Positions 24,354 through 36,009 of a stretch of 64,000 bases of DNA are shown one piece after another. The notes under the pieces are model-generated. The model saw only the letters and a program-made list of their open reading frames with translations. It made no database searches and was not told the origin of the DNA. A program made the translations under genes and the position numbers. Source of the stretch: Spizellomyces punctatus DAOM BR117 (lineage: Eukaryota); NCBI GenBank assembly GCA_000182565.2, contig KQ257452.1. One strand, given 5' to 3'. Within the stretch, counting starts at the first letter, position 1, and each line of letters starts with the position of its first letter.

Positions 24354-26784
24354 ATGAGTGCCCAGCCTGCCAATGAAGGCAGTCCTCCAAATGACTTTGC
24401 GGCCACAAGCACTTCCTTACCTGCGGCGGATTCCGTACAACAAGCAGTGGGCAAAGCCGCCAAGGGAGTCGCCCACGCAGTTCATTCCACGCTGCTGCAC
24501 GCTGACATTCCAGCTGATGGCATATGTGGCTTCTCTCAGTCTCAGGCTCTTGTGCTAGCGGCACTCGCCGATACTTTGGTCGCCGCGCTCAACCCTGAGG
24601 AGACTGCTCGTCTAGTTGCGACCACCCAGAGTGTTCGGAACGCCCAATCCTTATCGGACGATGTGATCAGCTTTGCTCAGATATCCGGGGGTACTATGGA
24701 GCTGGTGAAAAACATGATTGATTATCTTCACAAGGCCGCCCATCCGGATCAGCTGCAGAGCGTTCAAACTGCGCTCTGGGTTTTATCCACGGGCCCTGGA
24801 TGCTTCCTTTTGACGGGCTCGTCAACTCCTGTTCATAGATTAGATAGAAGTGCTAGAGAGAAGGTAGTTAGCAAACTCTTTCACAGTCCCCTTGCAGCAT
24901 TGCGTGCATTGGTGAAATCCATCTATGGCATGGTTATATTAAATACCTATGGGGAACCTAAGCTGGGCAAGGGTAGAAATCCATTCTTGAAAGTCATAGG
25001 CTACCCTGAAGGGCCTCACGTCGAAAGACCGCTTCCAGATCCAGCGGATATCTGGAGACCCTCATTTTTGGACCTCCAGGGTCTGGTCGGGCCGAACGAT
25101 AGCGAGGAGATCAGATTGGCTTGCGATATTGTGGTTGTTGGTTCCGGCGCCGGGGGAGGTGTAGTCGCAGGAGAACTGGCACAGGCTGGGCATGATGTTC
25201 TGGTTCTAGAGAAGGCGTTTTACACCCATCCATCCGAGCTGCCATATACACCAAAGGCATCTTTCGAGCTCCTCTTTGAGCGGTCTGGCGCACTTGGTAG
25301 CGAGGATGGCTCGATGCAGGTATTGACCGGGAATGCGTGGGGTGGTGGTACGGCGGTGAACTGGTGAGTAAATGATCAACTCTTGGAATTAAATGCGACG
25401 ATGGTTAACAATGTCCAGGTCCGCGTCGTTGCGGCTTCCATCAAAGGTCCGGGAAGAGTGGGCGACCAAATATAAGTTGCCTTATTTTATGTCGCTTGAT
25501 TATGCGAACGCTGTGGATGCTGTATGCACGAGAGTGGGTGTTAGCACAGATGCTATCGAGCACAATGCGTCCAACTCGCTGTTGCTGGAAGGATTGGCAC
25601 GATTAGGGATGCCACACGGAGTAATTCCACAAAACACCGATAGTCAGTCCCATGAATGCGGTTTCTGTTGCTTCGGATGTCCTTATGGAACAAAGCAAGG
25701 AACGCATTTGACGTTCTTGCGGGACGCCGCCGAGTCAGGGAACGCGCGATTCATAGAGGGATGTACAGTGGACAGAGTTTTGCACAAGGGTGGACGGGCC
25801 GTTGGAGTAAAGGGGACGGTTATTGAGCGTGGAACTGGACGCACTCGCAAAATTATGGTCAAAGCAAAAAAAGTTGTGGTTAGCGCAGGCAGCCTTCACA
25901 GCCCGGCCATTCTCCTTCGATCTGGGCTACGAAATCCCAATATTGGTAAACACCTTCGCCTACATCCTTGTACCCACGTATTCGGAATATTCCGCAATTC
26001 CGAAAAGCCCATTAACACGTACTCAGGCTCCATAATGACCGTCCTGGGTACGCCAGCTGAAAATGCTCATGGAGATGGTTATGGAAGTAAGCTTGAGATC
26101 TCCTGCATGCATCCAGCCATGTTTGCAAGCTGCGTTCCCTGGAGAAGTGCAGAGGAACATAAGAGATTGCTGGCGCTCTACGATCGCATGGTGCCAGTAC
26201 TTGTCATCGGGCGAGATAGTGATGCGACAAAGGGTCGTGTCTACCTGGACAAAACAGGGACGCCGCGGATAGAGTACACCATCTCCCCAAAGGACCAGAT
26301 CTCTCTCGCTGCAGGTGTTGAGGCTGGTATAAAGGCTCTTATCGCTGCGGGCGCAACGGAAATCATTACGAATCAGAGGGGAGTGGACCCATTCTCGATC
26401 GACCCTGAAAAGATCAATGACATATTCACCAGCAAGGAGTTTGGAAATTACTTGGCCAAAGTCCGCAAGTGGGGTTTCCAGCCGACGTGGACACCATTGT
26501 TCACAGCCCATCAGATGGGCACATGTCGCATGGCTGGTAGCGCATCACAAGGAGCTTGTAATCCTGACGGTAGGACATGGGAAGTTGATGGCTTATACGT
26601 TGCAGATGCGAGCTTGTTTCCGACTGCAAGTGGCGTCAAGTAAGTATTCTGGTCTCGTTGCTCAAACCTGACATTACCCCTCTCACATACCTTGCACTTT
26701 AGTCCCATGGTGACAACTCTCTCCTTGGGCTACGCTGTTGCGCAAAGAGTAAAAGAGAGCTTGCAGAGTACTGCCAAGTTGTAA
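24354..26784 (+). CDS. Long-chain fatty alcohol oxidase/dehydrogenase (GMC oxidoreductase, FAO type)
   Basis: DIVVVGSGAGGGVVA (FAD binding), GGGTAVNW|SASLR, CGFCCFGC, IGKHLRLHP, TAHQMGTCRM, DASLFPTASGV(N)PMVT. Confidence 0.9.
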
Positions 26785-27247
26785 TCCATTCATTTAGTAT
26801 GTACGAGAGTGATACCACGATAATCATCTGGGAGGGTGTTTTACATTGTGTATTATAGATTTTGGAATCAAAGATATATGGACCTCTTATCTCGTACATT
26901 TGTTCATTCCCACGCATCCACATTCCACAGTTTATGTCCAACAGAAATTAGTAACTAGCTGAAAGAGAACTATAACCCCACAGTAGCTGCTTCATGACAG
27001 TCGTGTTGGCATTAGAGCTCCGTCGGACGAAGCTCATTTCAGTCTTCACCCAAACAAACCGTTGTTGGCTCTTCAAAGTTGCACAACCTTCTGATGTTTT
27101 CATGCAAAAGATCATCCGTCTGCTCCTATATTAGCAAGCTTTCTATACAGTAAGGCATACATGCACTAACACAACCAAATAATACTATAAAACACACAAA
27201 TATCTATACTATATATACTATGTTACACACGAATATGTAGCAACTCA

Positions 27248-29029
27248 CTAAATCCATTTCCTGGACCCTTTAGTCTCCTTTTTTACATTGACTTTGATGG
27301 ACGGGGCTTCGTTGGATTTCTTCTTGGCTACTGCAGTGAGACGCTCCCAAACAGGGATCTTCCGCTCTTTTTCCCTTTTGGCAGGGGCGGGTGAAGCGGG
27401 GGGCGTCAACATATTTGAGGCTGGCTGGATCGTTGATGCCACTGATCGCGCAGATATCATTTGCTTGTCTGGATGTGGTTCTCGCTTCCACAGTGATGAG
27501 ATGCTTGTTCGCTTCTTTAATTCAGTTACGGGGTGATTTCGTGTGGGGACTTGGGTCTGCTGACCAACTCGATTGGTTTCTAGAGCCCCGATACCAATGA
27601 TGCTGGGTGACTTTCGCAAGACTGACGGCGACGCCTTTGGAGGAGGGGCAGGCGTGCTGCGCCGCTTGTCTGCGGTACGAGGAGCGACAGGTTCAGTATT
27701 TTGGGCGACGCGGCTGGCCGGCGACATAGTTGGGTCCTTGATACGCTTGGTCGTGAATGAAGTCCGGCTAGTTGTACTCGCAGCAGATTTCGTGCCAGGT
27801 TCACTCACTACAGCCAAATCTGACTTGGATGCTTTCTTTCTCAATGAACCTGGTGAGGTGGCTGGAGTGGGTATTACATGTTTCTTCTGCTCCGCTTTGA
27901 CACTCTTTTCGACAACTGCGTGCTCGGCCACGGTCGGCAGCGTCATCATGGATCGCTGTTTTGTCAGCTCTGCACGTTGCGCATTCGTCCCCACCGTGCT
28001 ACGAGGTGCACTTCGGCTCGACTTTGAACGAGTTAACGCTGGCGATGTCCCGTTTGCTTCAACAGCAACTCGTCGCACCCCCTTCTTTACCTCTACCGCC
28101 AGCGTCCGCTCAACAGTTGATGACAGTGAGCGTCTAGCAGAGACTACTGTTTTACGTGTCGATACTGGCGTGCCAGGCGAGGAAGAGACTGACTCAATCT
28201 CCTCACCCTTTCCTGAAGTGGATGAAAGAGTGACAATTTCATCCTCGGCATTGCTCTCCTCCTCTCCCTTTTTAACATGAGATGGGCTTTCCACCCCTGC
28301 TTTAAAGACATCTATTATGGCTTCTTTAGTTTTTGCACTACATTCCAGGTAATGCGTTGCGCCGACGTTCTCAGCCATCTTCTGACCCTATACAATTGCC
28401 AGGCGTTAGCGGATCTGAATGGTCTTCGTGAATTTGAGCCGACTGACCTCTTCTGTTGTTACCATAATCTCCCCATTGATTTTCAGTCTGGCATTGGCCG
28501 CTCGATCATGTCTCAAATCGACCTTCGTAGCAACGAGAGCAAACGTGCAAGAGGGTGTGAAATATTTGATCTCGGGAAGCCACTTTGACAAAGGACGACA
28601 GTCAACGTTGAATGACAAGGTCCAGCAAAGCGATCAATGCTGCCATACTTTCTCCTCTATATCCCTAAAACTCCTCCTTTCATCGACAGCAAAGCAAACA
28701 AGAAATCCCTGGACGCCCTCATATGAGAAGGGTCGGAGCCGATCGAAAGCTGGGGCTCCAGCAGTGTCACATATTAAAACACTGCCAAATTCGGGACTAT
28801 GCCACGAGTAAGTATCTAAACTAACTGAGTCAGCAGTGGCCTGGACAAGCTTTCGGCTGCATGTATGCCACATACCTTCGAACGTCGGTCTGTAGCTTAG
28901 TGGAAAATCATTGTGCAGAAACACCTGGACAAGCGCTGACTTCCCTACACCTTCATTTCCTACAAGCGCTATTTTTCTGGGCATACTTGGAAGGGGCGAG
29001 GCAGGAGTCATCGTTCTTCCTACGCCCAT
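27248..29029 (-). CDS. Atypical Rho-family GTPase with a ~340-aa S/T/K/R/P-rich C-terminal extension; 5' end uncertain
   Basis: G1 GNEGVGKS, switch I YRPTFE|D, G3 DTAGAPAFDRLRPFSY, KWLPEIKYF, G4 ATKVDLR plus Rho insert, G5 YLECSAKT; tail ends GSRKWI with no CAAX. Confidence 0.8.
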
Positions 29030-29416
29030 CAGAGGTTGTCCAAGTTCCTTTGCAAACGTCAGGCGGAAATATGGGAATACTCACGTGATGATACCAAATT
29101 CAAATAATTTCAGTAATACAGTTTGCTTGTTTGTAGATTCAACCATTGAATATAGATATCAGCAGCTGGACATTAGCAATTCCATCATGAGTTTTCAGGC
29201 TTTGGTCGTTAATTATTTACTGTATCTATAGTTATAGTACTTTTGTACATGCCGGGATCGGTGAGCCAAGTTTGCAATGTTGATTAAAATTTCCTGGCAC
29301 GAAAGCTTCCTTTCCCAAGCGAATAGCATGCTCTTCACATCAACATGTGTCAATATCTGGGTATAATTATGTTATCAATTGACGCTGCACAGATGTGCAA
29401 TGCTCAGGGCAAATAC

Positions 29417-31597
29417 TTACGCATGCATGTGCTCCTGAAAGCGCTCCTGTGGCATGGCACCGTGCTTGGAAAACCAAATGCCACATGCGTTGCAAAGTGT
29501 GTGCTTCCCCTTCGGTCCTCTACGTAGTGTTGGAGTGTACATTCCGGAAAGTCCGCACCAGAGACAACGCCAGCTTGCGCGGAAATCTACATTACCGGAA
29601 CGACAAAATATGGTTGGAATCGTTTGAAAGCCAAGATTGCGTCGTACAAAGGCCAGTGCCGTCGCACAATCAATAGGCAATACAATAGGTAACGCAGGAG
29701 CCAGTAGAGATGTATTTTATTTATCCCCCCGCAACCAACAACTCACCAGTCGAGTTTCTCCGCGGAGAGCCTTCAGTGAGCTGCCGCTTCTGTTTGTCTA
29801 TCTCATCTATGTTGCATTGCATCATTTGCAGCTGCTTTGCAAAGTACATATGGTCGTTAATAAACTGATTCTGCTTTGCTTTGATGGGTGATTTGCGTGG
29901 AGTGTTCTGCGTAGGGCCATATGCTGCTGGTGTGAATCGCGTCTCGATTGGGGGGACACTTGGCGTGGCTAGTGCAAGAATGCTTGCACCCAGCGAATCT
30001 GAAGTAGTGACAGTACCGGACGTCGCCGTTAGAGGGACAGCTGGTGGCACATGATTTTCTATCGCAGATTGTGCCGTTCCGGGGTGTAAAGGTTGACTTC
30101 CATTGGTGCGGACAGATGGAGTGGAAGGAAGAGCGAAAGAGTAGGTAATGTATTGCTGCGTGGGTGGTGGCTGGTGAGGAGGAGGATCCATCGCAGGCTG
30201 ATAGGTACGGTGAGAGGTCCTTGTGTTGCTATAGGGTGTAAGAGCGGATCGTGTACTCCGATCGCGATAAACTGGCGGTGTTTCATGACGTTGGTATGAT
30301 GCGGCAGTTCGACCCATTTGTCTGTTTTGTCGACGCAAGCGGCTGTAATGGTGTAAAGGATAACTTAGTCGAGCTTTTACCACGCAAGGCGATATGAAAG
30401 GCAATTGTCGCATACCGGGTGCTCCTCTCTCTCTCTCGCATGATTCGCTCGATCTCCTGCTCGGTCAACTCCCTGAGCTCCGGTTCCCAATCATCTTCAA
30501 TATTCTCTGGTCGGAAGGGTCGTCCACGCATTGGGGGAGCAGGTGTGGCATCATCCCAATTCATCCTCGCCAAACAGACTTGTTCCCGTATGGCATGCGC
30601 GATCACTGGAACAAATTCACCACCAACTCCTAAATCCGCCGCTAATTGTTTCGCAAACTCTTCTGGCGTTATAGACGAGGTTGAAAATACCGGCCACTCA
30701 AATTGATCTCTCAAATGCAATGTTCCCACATGCAGGTCAAGCTGGAATTCGCAAGAGACGGGAATAGGAAACACCAATTGTCAAGATACTGCTTCCAAAT
30801 ACTTGCTCGCGATAAACTCGGCTGCTACCTTTATGATAATCCTGATTTCTCCATAATCTGTCTCATCCGCTTCATCATCCTTTATTCGGGGCTTCCCATC
30901 AGCGGTCGGATCCTCTTCCACCGCTGCACCATAATTTTGCACCTGTCTCCGAATTTCTTCCGCAATGAGAGGGACGAATTGCAGTGCGTATGGTGTATCA
31001 AAATCATCTGCAAGCAGCTGCGCGAATTGCTCTGGGGTGATTAATGTTTCTATTGCAACCAACGAATTCGAGCGAGAGAAACAACGACAAATAAAAAAAT
31101 AGAAGAACACGTTGAGCATATCGTTAGGAAACATGGCCATCCATGGGAGAGATTACCATTCAAGTTCCACGTAAACTGGTCTCGTAGTTTGACTCCCTCA
31201 ACCTCGAGATCAAGTCGGATAGGCACCAACTGAACTGTACGTTCGGCGACGTCTTGCAATTGTTGCTTGTTGCTGTTAGCGAGGAGCAAGAAAACATCAT
31301 GTTTAGTCAAGTGATCTTGAGCTACCTATATAGGACCCGGGAGCGGGCTCCACTGTAATTCTGGTGCTTCCCAGCCAACCTCGACGCTAGCGCTTGTTCC
31401 AGCGTGCGCGTTTCGTACTCTCGCGAAAAACAAAATACTCACTAATAGTAGTGTCGAGTTCCACTTGCCCTGGCACGCTTATCAGATTTGTATTTGAAGT
31501 CCCCAAGGTCCCGTCGCGGTCGTGGAGGAGCAAGTTCCTCATCTTCAATGAGATCGGAATCGACATACGCAGACTGGGAGTAAATGTTGCTTCCCAT
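29417..31597 (-). CDS. SFH1: Sfh1/Snf5-family chromatin remodeller subunit with a C-terminal GATA-type zinc finger; 5' end uncertain
   Basis: LVPIRLDLEVEGVKLRDQFTWNLN|ETLITPEQFAQLLADD; LDLHVGTLHLRDQFEWP..TPEEFAKQLAADLGVGGEFVPVIAHAIREQ; WEPELRELTEQEIER; final exon CLWC-X20-CNAC. Confidence 0.82.
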
Positions 31598-32201
31598 TGT
31601 GGACTAAATAAGTTACCGATGACGGCTGGTAGGCGGTGCAGCCACGGTGCAAACCGAAGGTTTTTGCAGCTGCTTGCTCGGTCGCTGGATAGGAAAGCGA
31701 AAGTTCGTGCCTGGCCCAACAATCATCTCTTCGAGGACGAGGTGGCTTAGTATATACCCGCCGAATGCAGTGTGGATTGATGGGACACATTCCAACCGTC
31801 TGCAAATACGAGCGCCGCGAACAGTCGAACAGTGCCGGTTGGTCTTTCGTTACTGGACCTTTTGCCACTTTTTCATCATTCAGATGCCAAGCTGTGCCAA
31901 AAGTAGGCTTTCATGCAAGGCTATTCATAATCCATATGATGCCGCTCTTCTTCCACCAATACGTGCTGCATTCTTGAAGGTGAATGCAACCTTGACGGAT
32001 GGTAAAGTTCTAGAGGACTCTCACAGCAGTTATCTTTTAAAGTCCTCCAAACATTGCTTTGCTTCTCAAAGATGACAGAGTTCTCGAGAGCGTTCATTGC
32101 ATTCCTGGCACTCAGATATCACAGTGCGATCTTTACAGTATTGACGGGGCTTTGAAGTGAACATTAAATCAATTTTTCTCGGTTCCAACCATTGTCCATA
32201 T

Positions 32202-33059
32202 ATGCGACTTACTGCCACTATTGTCACAGCATTCCTAGCAATGCGGCCACTGTTCTTTGTCGTCAGCCAAAAACCTACAAGACAACTGCCATCATTCTCC
32301 CGACAATGCTTCTCAAATCGCTTCATATCTTCCTCACGTATTTGTGGAGCACGGAAGAATCATTACCAAACACTAGATGTCCCACCAAGTGCCGATAAAA
32401 AGGCGCTCAAAGCTCAGTTTTACAAGTTGTCGATGAGGTGAGCTTGGAAGAGCGGGTCGATGTCCCGTATCCGCTTCATATTCAAGTCTTACCCTCCGCT
32501 TTGCAGATACCACCCGGATAAGAATCCCGGAGATGAAGAGGCGAGCGCAAAGTTTATCGAAATCAACGAAGCTTATTCCACACTGAATGACGACTTCAAA
32601 CGCCGAGAGTATGACCGAACCATGGAAGTGCTCGACTCAAAAGCCTCCCCATTCACCCATAACCGCACTGGTCCTCGACGTACTGTTCGCCCTTATGAAT
32701 CCCGCGACCACATCAAACCAGACGATTGGATACTCTATCGCCGCCCACAACGATCGTCACGTCCAATATATGATTTTGGTAAACACGAGCAAGAACACTA
32801 CGGCCGAGCAGCGGAGAAGAGAGAGCATACACGCCAGGCTAGACTCTTCAAGACACTTTACTTTAGGAAATTACAGGAGGCTGAAAGGATGGAGTCACGG
32901 ATGATGTATGTTTGTGCATTGGTTGGGTTTGGAGTATTCTTCTTGTTTCAATCCGGCCTTATACAGCTCATCTTTCTGGATGATGATGGCTTGGACGAAG
33001 ATTTGGCCGAGATTTATCGGATCAGTAAGGCCATGGGCCGAAACAGAGAGAAAGACTGA
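32202..33059 (+). CDS. Probable mitochondrial J-domain protein with a C-terminal TM segment
   Basis: R/S-rich presequence-like N-terminus; [44 protein letters not shown]; hydrophobic segment near the C-terminus. Confidence 0.85.
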
Positions 33060-33256
33060 TCTTGCATCGCTTCCAGTCTCCGCTGTGCTAGCTTGAAGTT
33101 TATGCACCCTAACTAGATTATAGCCTTGGATGTGATTTAATATCTTAAGTTATGTTTTTTCCTGATACTCGCTATTATTTTTGGGGTACATTGTCCATGC
33201 ACTGTATGATCAACAATCACCAATATAAACAGACATCACGTGGACATAATTTTGGA

Positions 33257-35927
33257 ATGTTCAGGCAGCACTGTCCACCTAGATCGTGCGTAATGTTTGC
33301 CATCCATCTGCCGAAATCACGCACATCTGGAATCTATCAGCAGCACTTGAATAACCTTCGCCATATATTGCGAACTGCTCTTTCTGACTTGCAAGGAGAC
33401 CCAGAAAAGAATGCAGAACAGTATTCATTGGCCTATGACACTGCCAAAGTCCTGTTAGAACGCCCTTCCATCCAAGGACGTAAAGATGAAAATGGTTCTT
33501 CTTCAGCCTTTGAGCTCATGTGGAAAGTTGGGGCAGAGCTGCTTCGCTCTGTCGCCCCTTACAGAGCACAACTGGAGGCCGAGGAAGGCGAGCACAATGG
33601 CCTTCTCCTTCAAGGTGACGGCTATCCCCACATACTTATGCAAGTCGATGAAGATAAAAGGGACGAAGCAGTTAGAGCCGCAAAGAAGCTTCTGAGATTC
33701 TTGGCGCAAATGAGCGGTATCGACGCCAAATTGGTAAATACTGTTCTCCTTGACGCAGGGAGTTTGGAGATAGATTCGAATATCGCTTCTAGGACCCAGA
33801 GCTACTTCTCGAAATGACTCTATATCACATGCGCTTTGGGATGTTCGAGGAAGCGTACAATCGCCTCCAAGGGTACGCAGCACCCTTGTGTGTCTGGCAT
33901 AATAAGGACAGATCTAACACATGCATTTCGGCAGATATATATCTACGTACCCATATAACGAGAATGCCGTCCTAATTGGATATGCAGGAGTCCTATCTTA
34001 TATACTCTGGCGTCGAGAAGCTGTCCGATTGCAAAGTGAGCGTGACATCGATACCCACTGGAGCAGTAGCCAATGGGAAAATCAGTGGGACCATAGTCAA
34101 TCGAGCGGGAACGAGTGGTCACAAAATCGTTCAGAGGAAAAGACAGGAGACCTCTCAACAGCTCAAGGTCGGTTGCAGGTGCCTTTGTATAGCAGTTAAA
34201 CGTTATGGCTCACCGTCTACGGCAGAGGGCGACCTTGCATCACGATTCTATTCTCAGGGATTACAACATTTCGAAGTATCATTATTCATAGACAATACGA
34301 GCGACATGTTTCTTTTCTATTACGTTAAGGTAGGCTCCTGTGACACCGGACTTTACGTGTTTGGGGGCCCAGTGTACCCACTCTCGTCTTGTAGCTTCTT
34401 CTTGCGGCTGACGACCACCACGCAGCAACCCAGAAACTGACTCAGTTCATTCAAAACAACCCAGAGCATCCGAATGGATACCGGTACTCTGCCGTCTTCG
34501 ATAAAGTGAAGCATTTTTTTGTGAACTAACTTTGACCGTCTTCCCCGAAAAGTTATCTACTGCAGTTGCATCTCAAGAACTGCAGAATGCCTTCTGAGTG
34601 GATTCCGTTAGCGTACAAGTTAATGCAGCTAGATCCAGTCTGTGATCAGCGAATTGCCCTTGAGCCACTCATACGTCACCACGAAGCGGCAGCAGGTACG
34701 ACCCAAGGTTCTCATTCATTACCTCAATAAATCTCATTCCATAATCTCATCCACACAGATCCCAATGCAGCGATTTCTTCGCATATAATGGTGGAGGCGT
34801 CTCTTTCAGTGATCAATTTACTCGCGGATAGGCTAGACTATGAGAAGGGGAATGGATGGATGTGGGACAAGTTGGTCAAGCATATCCAATGCGTCCGGTA
34901 CAGCAAAGTTCTCAAAGAGCCATTTCATTTTGACGCTGTTGCTAATTTTTATTACAGGCGACATGACGCGATGGCGGATGCCTTAGTATGGGAAGATCGG
35001 CGACATTGGTGGCCAAGATTCCATTTTGTGTCATTGCCATCATCTCATGATCACTTAGAATCGGAACAACAAGGTACGCGCACGTCCCATCTATCGGCGA
35101 CAGATAGTAGCTCACCTTGCTCTCTGTCAGCCTTGGTGGCGGTGAAGGCGGTTTGTGCTCTGTATATTTTCCCCGATGAATACGCACGCTTGTGTTGGCC
35201 TCAGCGATTCGGGCTGACGCCTGACACTCTGAGTGAGATTTCAATATCAATGCTGCGTGGTCATGGAATCCCGCTGGACCTTTTCTTTGGAGCCACGGGA
35301 CGAACGTCACCGCTCTGCTTTCTCGGGAAATCGGCCCGGGCGGGAACGTGGACCGACCAGAGCAATACCGCAGACGTTGAAGATGTGGTCAATTTGCTAA
35401 TAGCAGGCGATCGTCTTCAAAATGATCATGGGCCTGGTGACGGACGCGATGGAGCGAGTTCAATCAATTCAAAGGATACCAGTATTCGTGATGATAATCA
35501 CCTATCTCACGGAGCAGAGCAAAGCACATCATGTAATGATAAAGATGTCCATGACATCGTGAGAACTGAGAAAGAAGAATTGCTTTCCTTTGAAGGTGAC
35601 CTCGTCCGGGTTCAGCATGATGCGAATCAGCATACTACGGTAGCCGAGGCCGCGGCATTCCCCGAACCGCTGGAAGGAAGTAGCTCCTCCCTGGAAGACT
35701 TAACTGCTGGATCTGGAAGAATTGGAGCTGATCTTGAACAGCCTCAAATGCCTGTTCGCGGGTCGAAACGAAAGCGCGACCGCGATCACAGCGATGATGA
35801 TACTCATGACGTGTTAGATACAATTGTGGAGCCTAGGCAAATTGGGCTGGCCCGCGTCACATCTTCATCACCGTTATCTCCAGGAGCACCAAGAAAAAAG
35901 CGCGCCAAGAGAGTGAAAGGCTTCTAA
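33257..35927 (+). CDS. RNA polymerase I initiation factor subunit, TAF1A/Rrn11-like, multi-exon
   Basis: QQHLNNLRHIL; YPYNENAVLIGYAGVL; NNPEHPNGYR|YL; DRLDY..WMWDKL; VWEDRRHWWPRFHF, resembling the recalled TAF1A motif W..RKNWWP.FHF; basic NLS-like C-terminus. Confidence 0.62.
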
Positions 35928-36009
35928 TTGAAGCGGTCGGCCGACATACATGATGCTACATAAACACACCAACGAGGCTGCTTTCATGGGTCTCCTATGC
36001 AACAATCTA

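Noticed and set aside
27573-28280. 235-aa plus-strand ORF
   Set aside because: Antisense shadow of the low-complexity Rho tail; no recognisable motifs.
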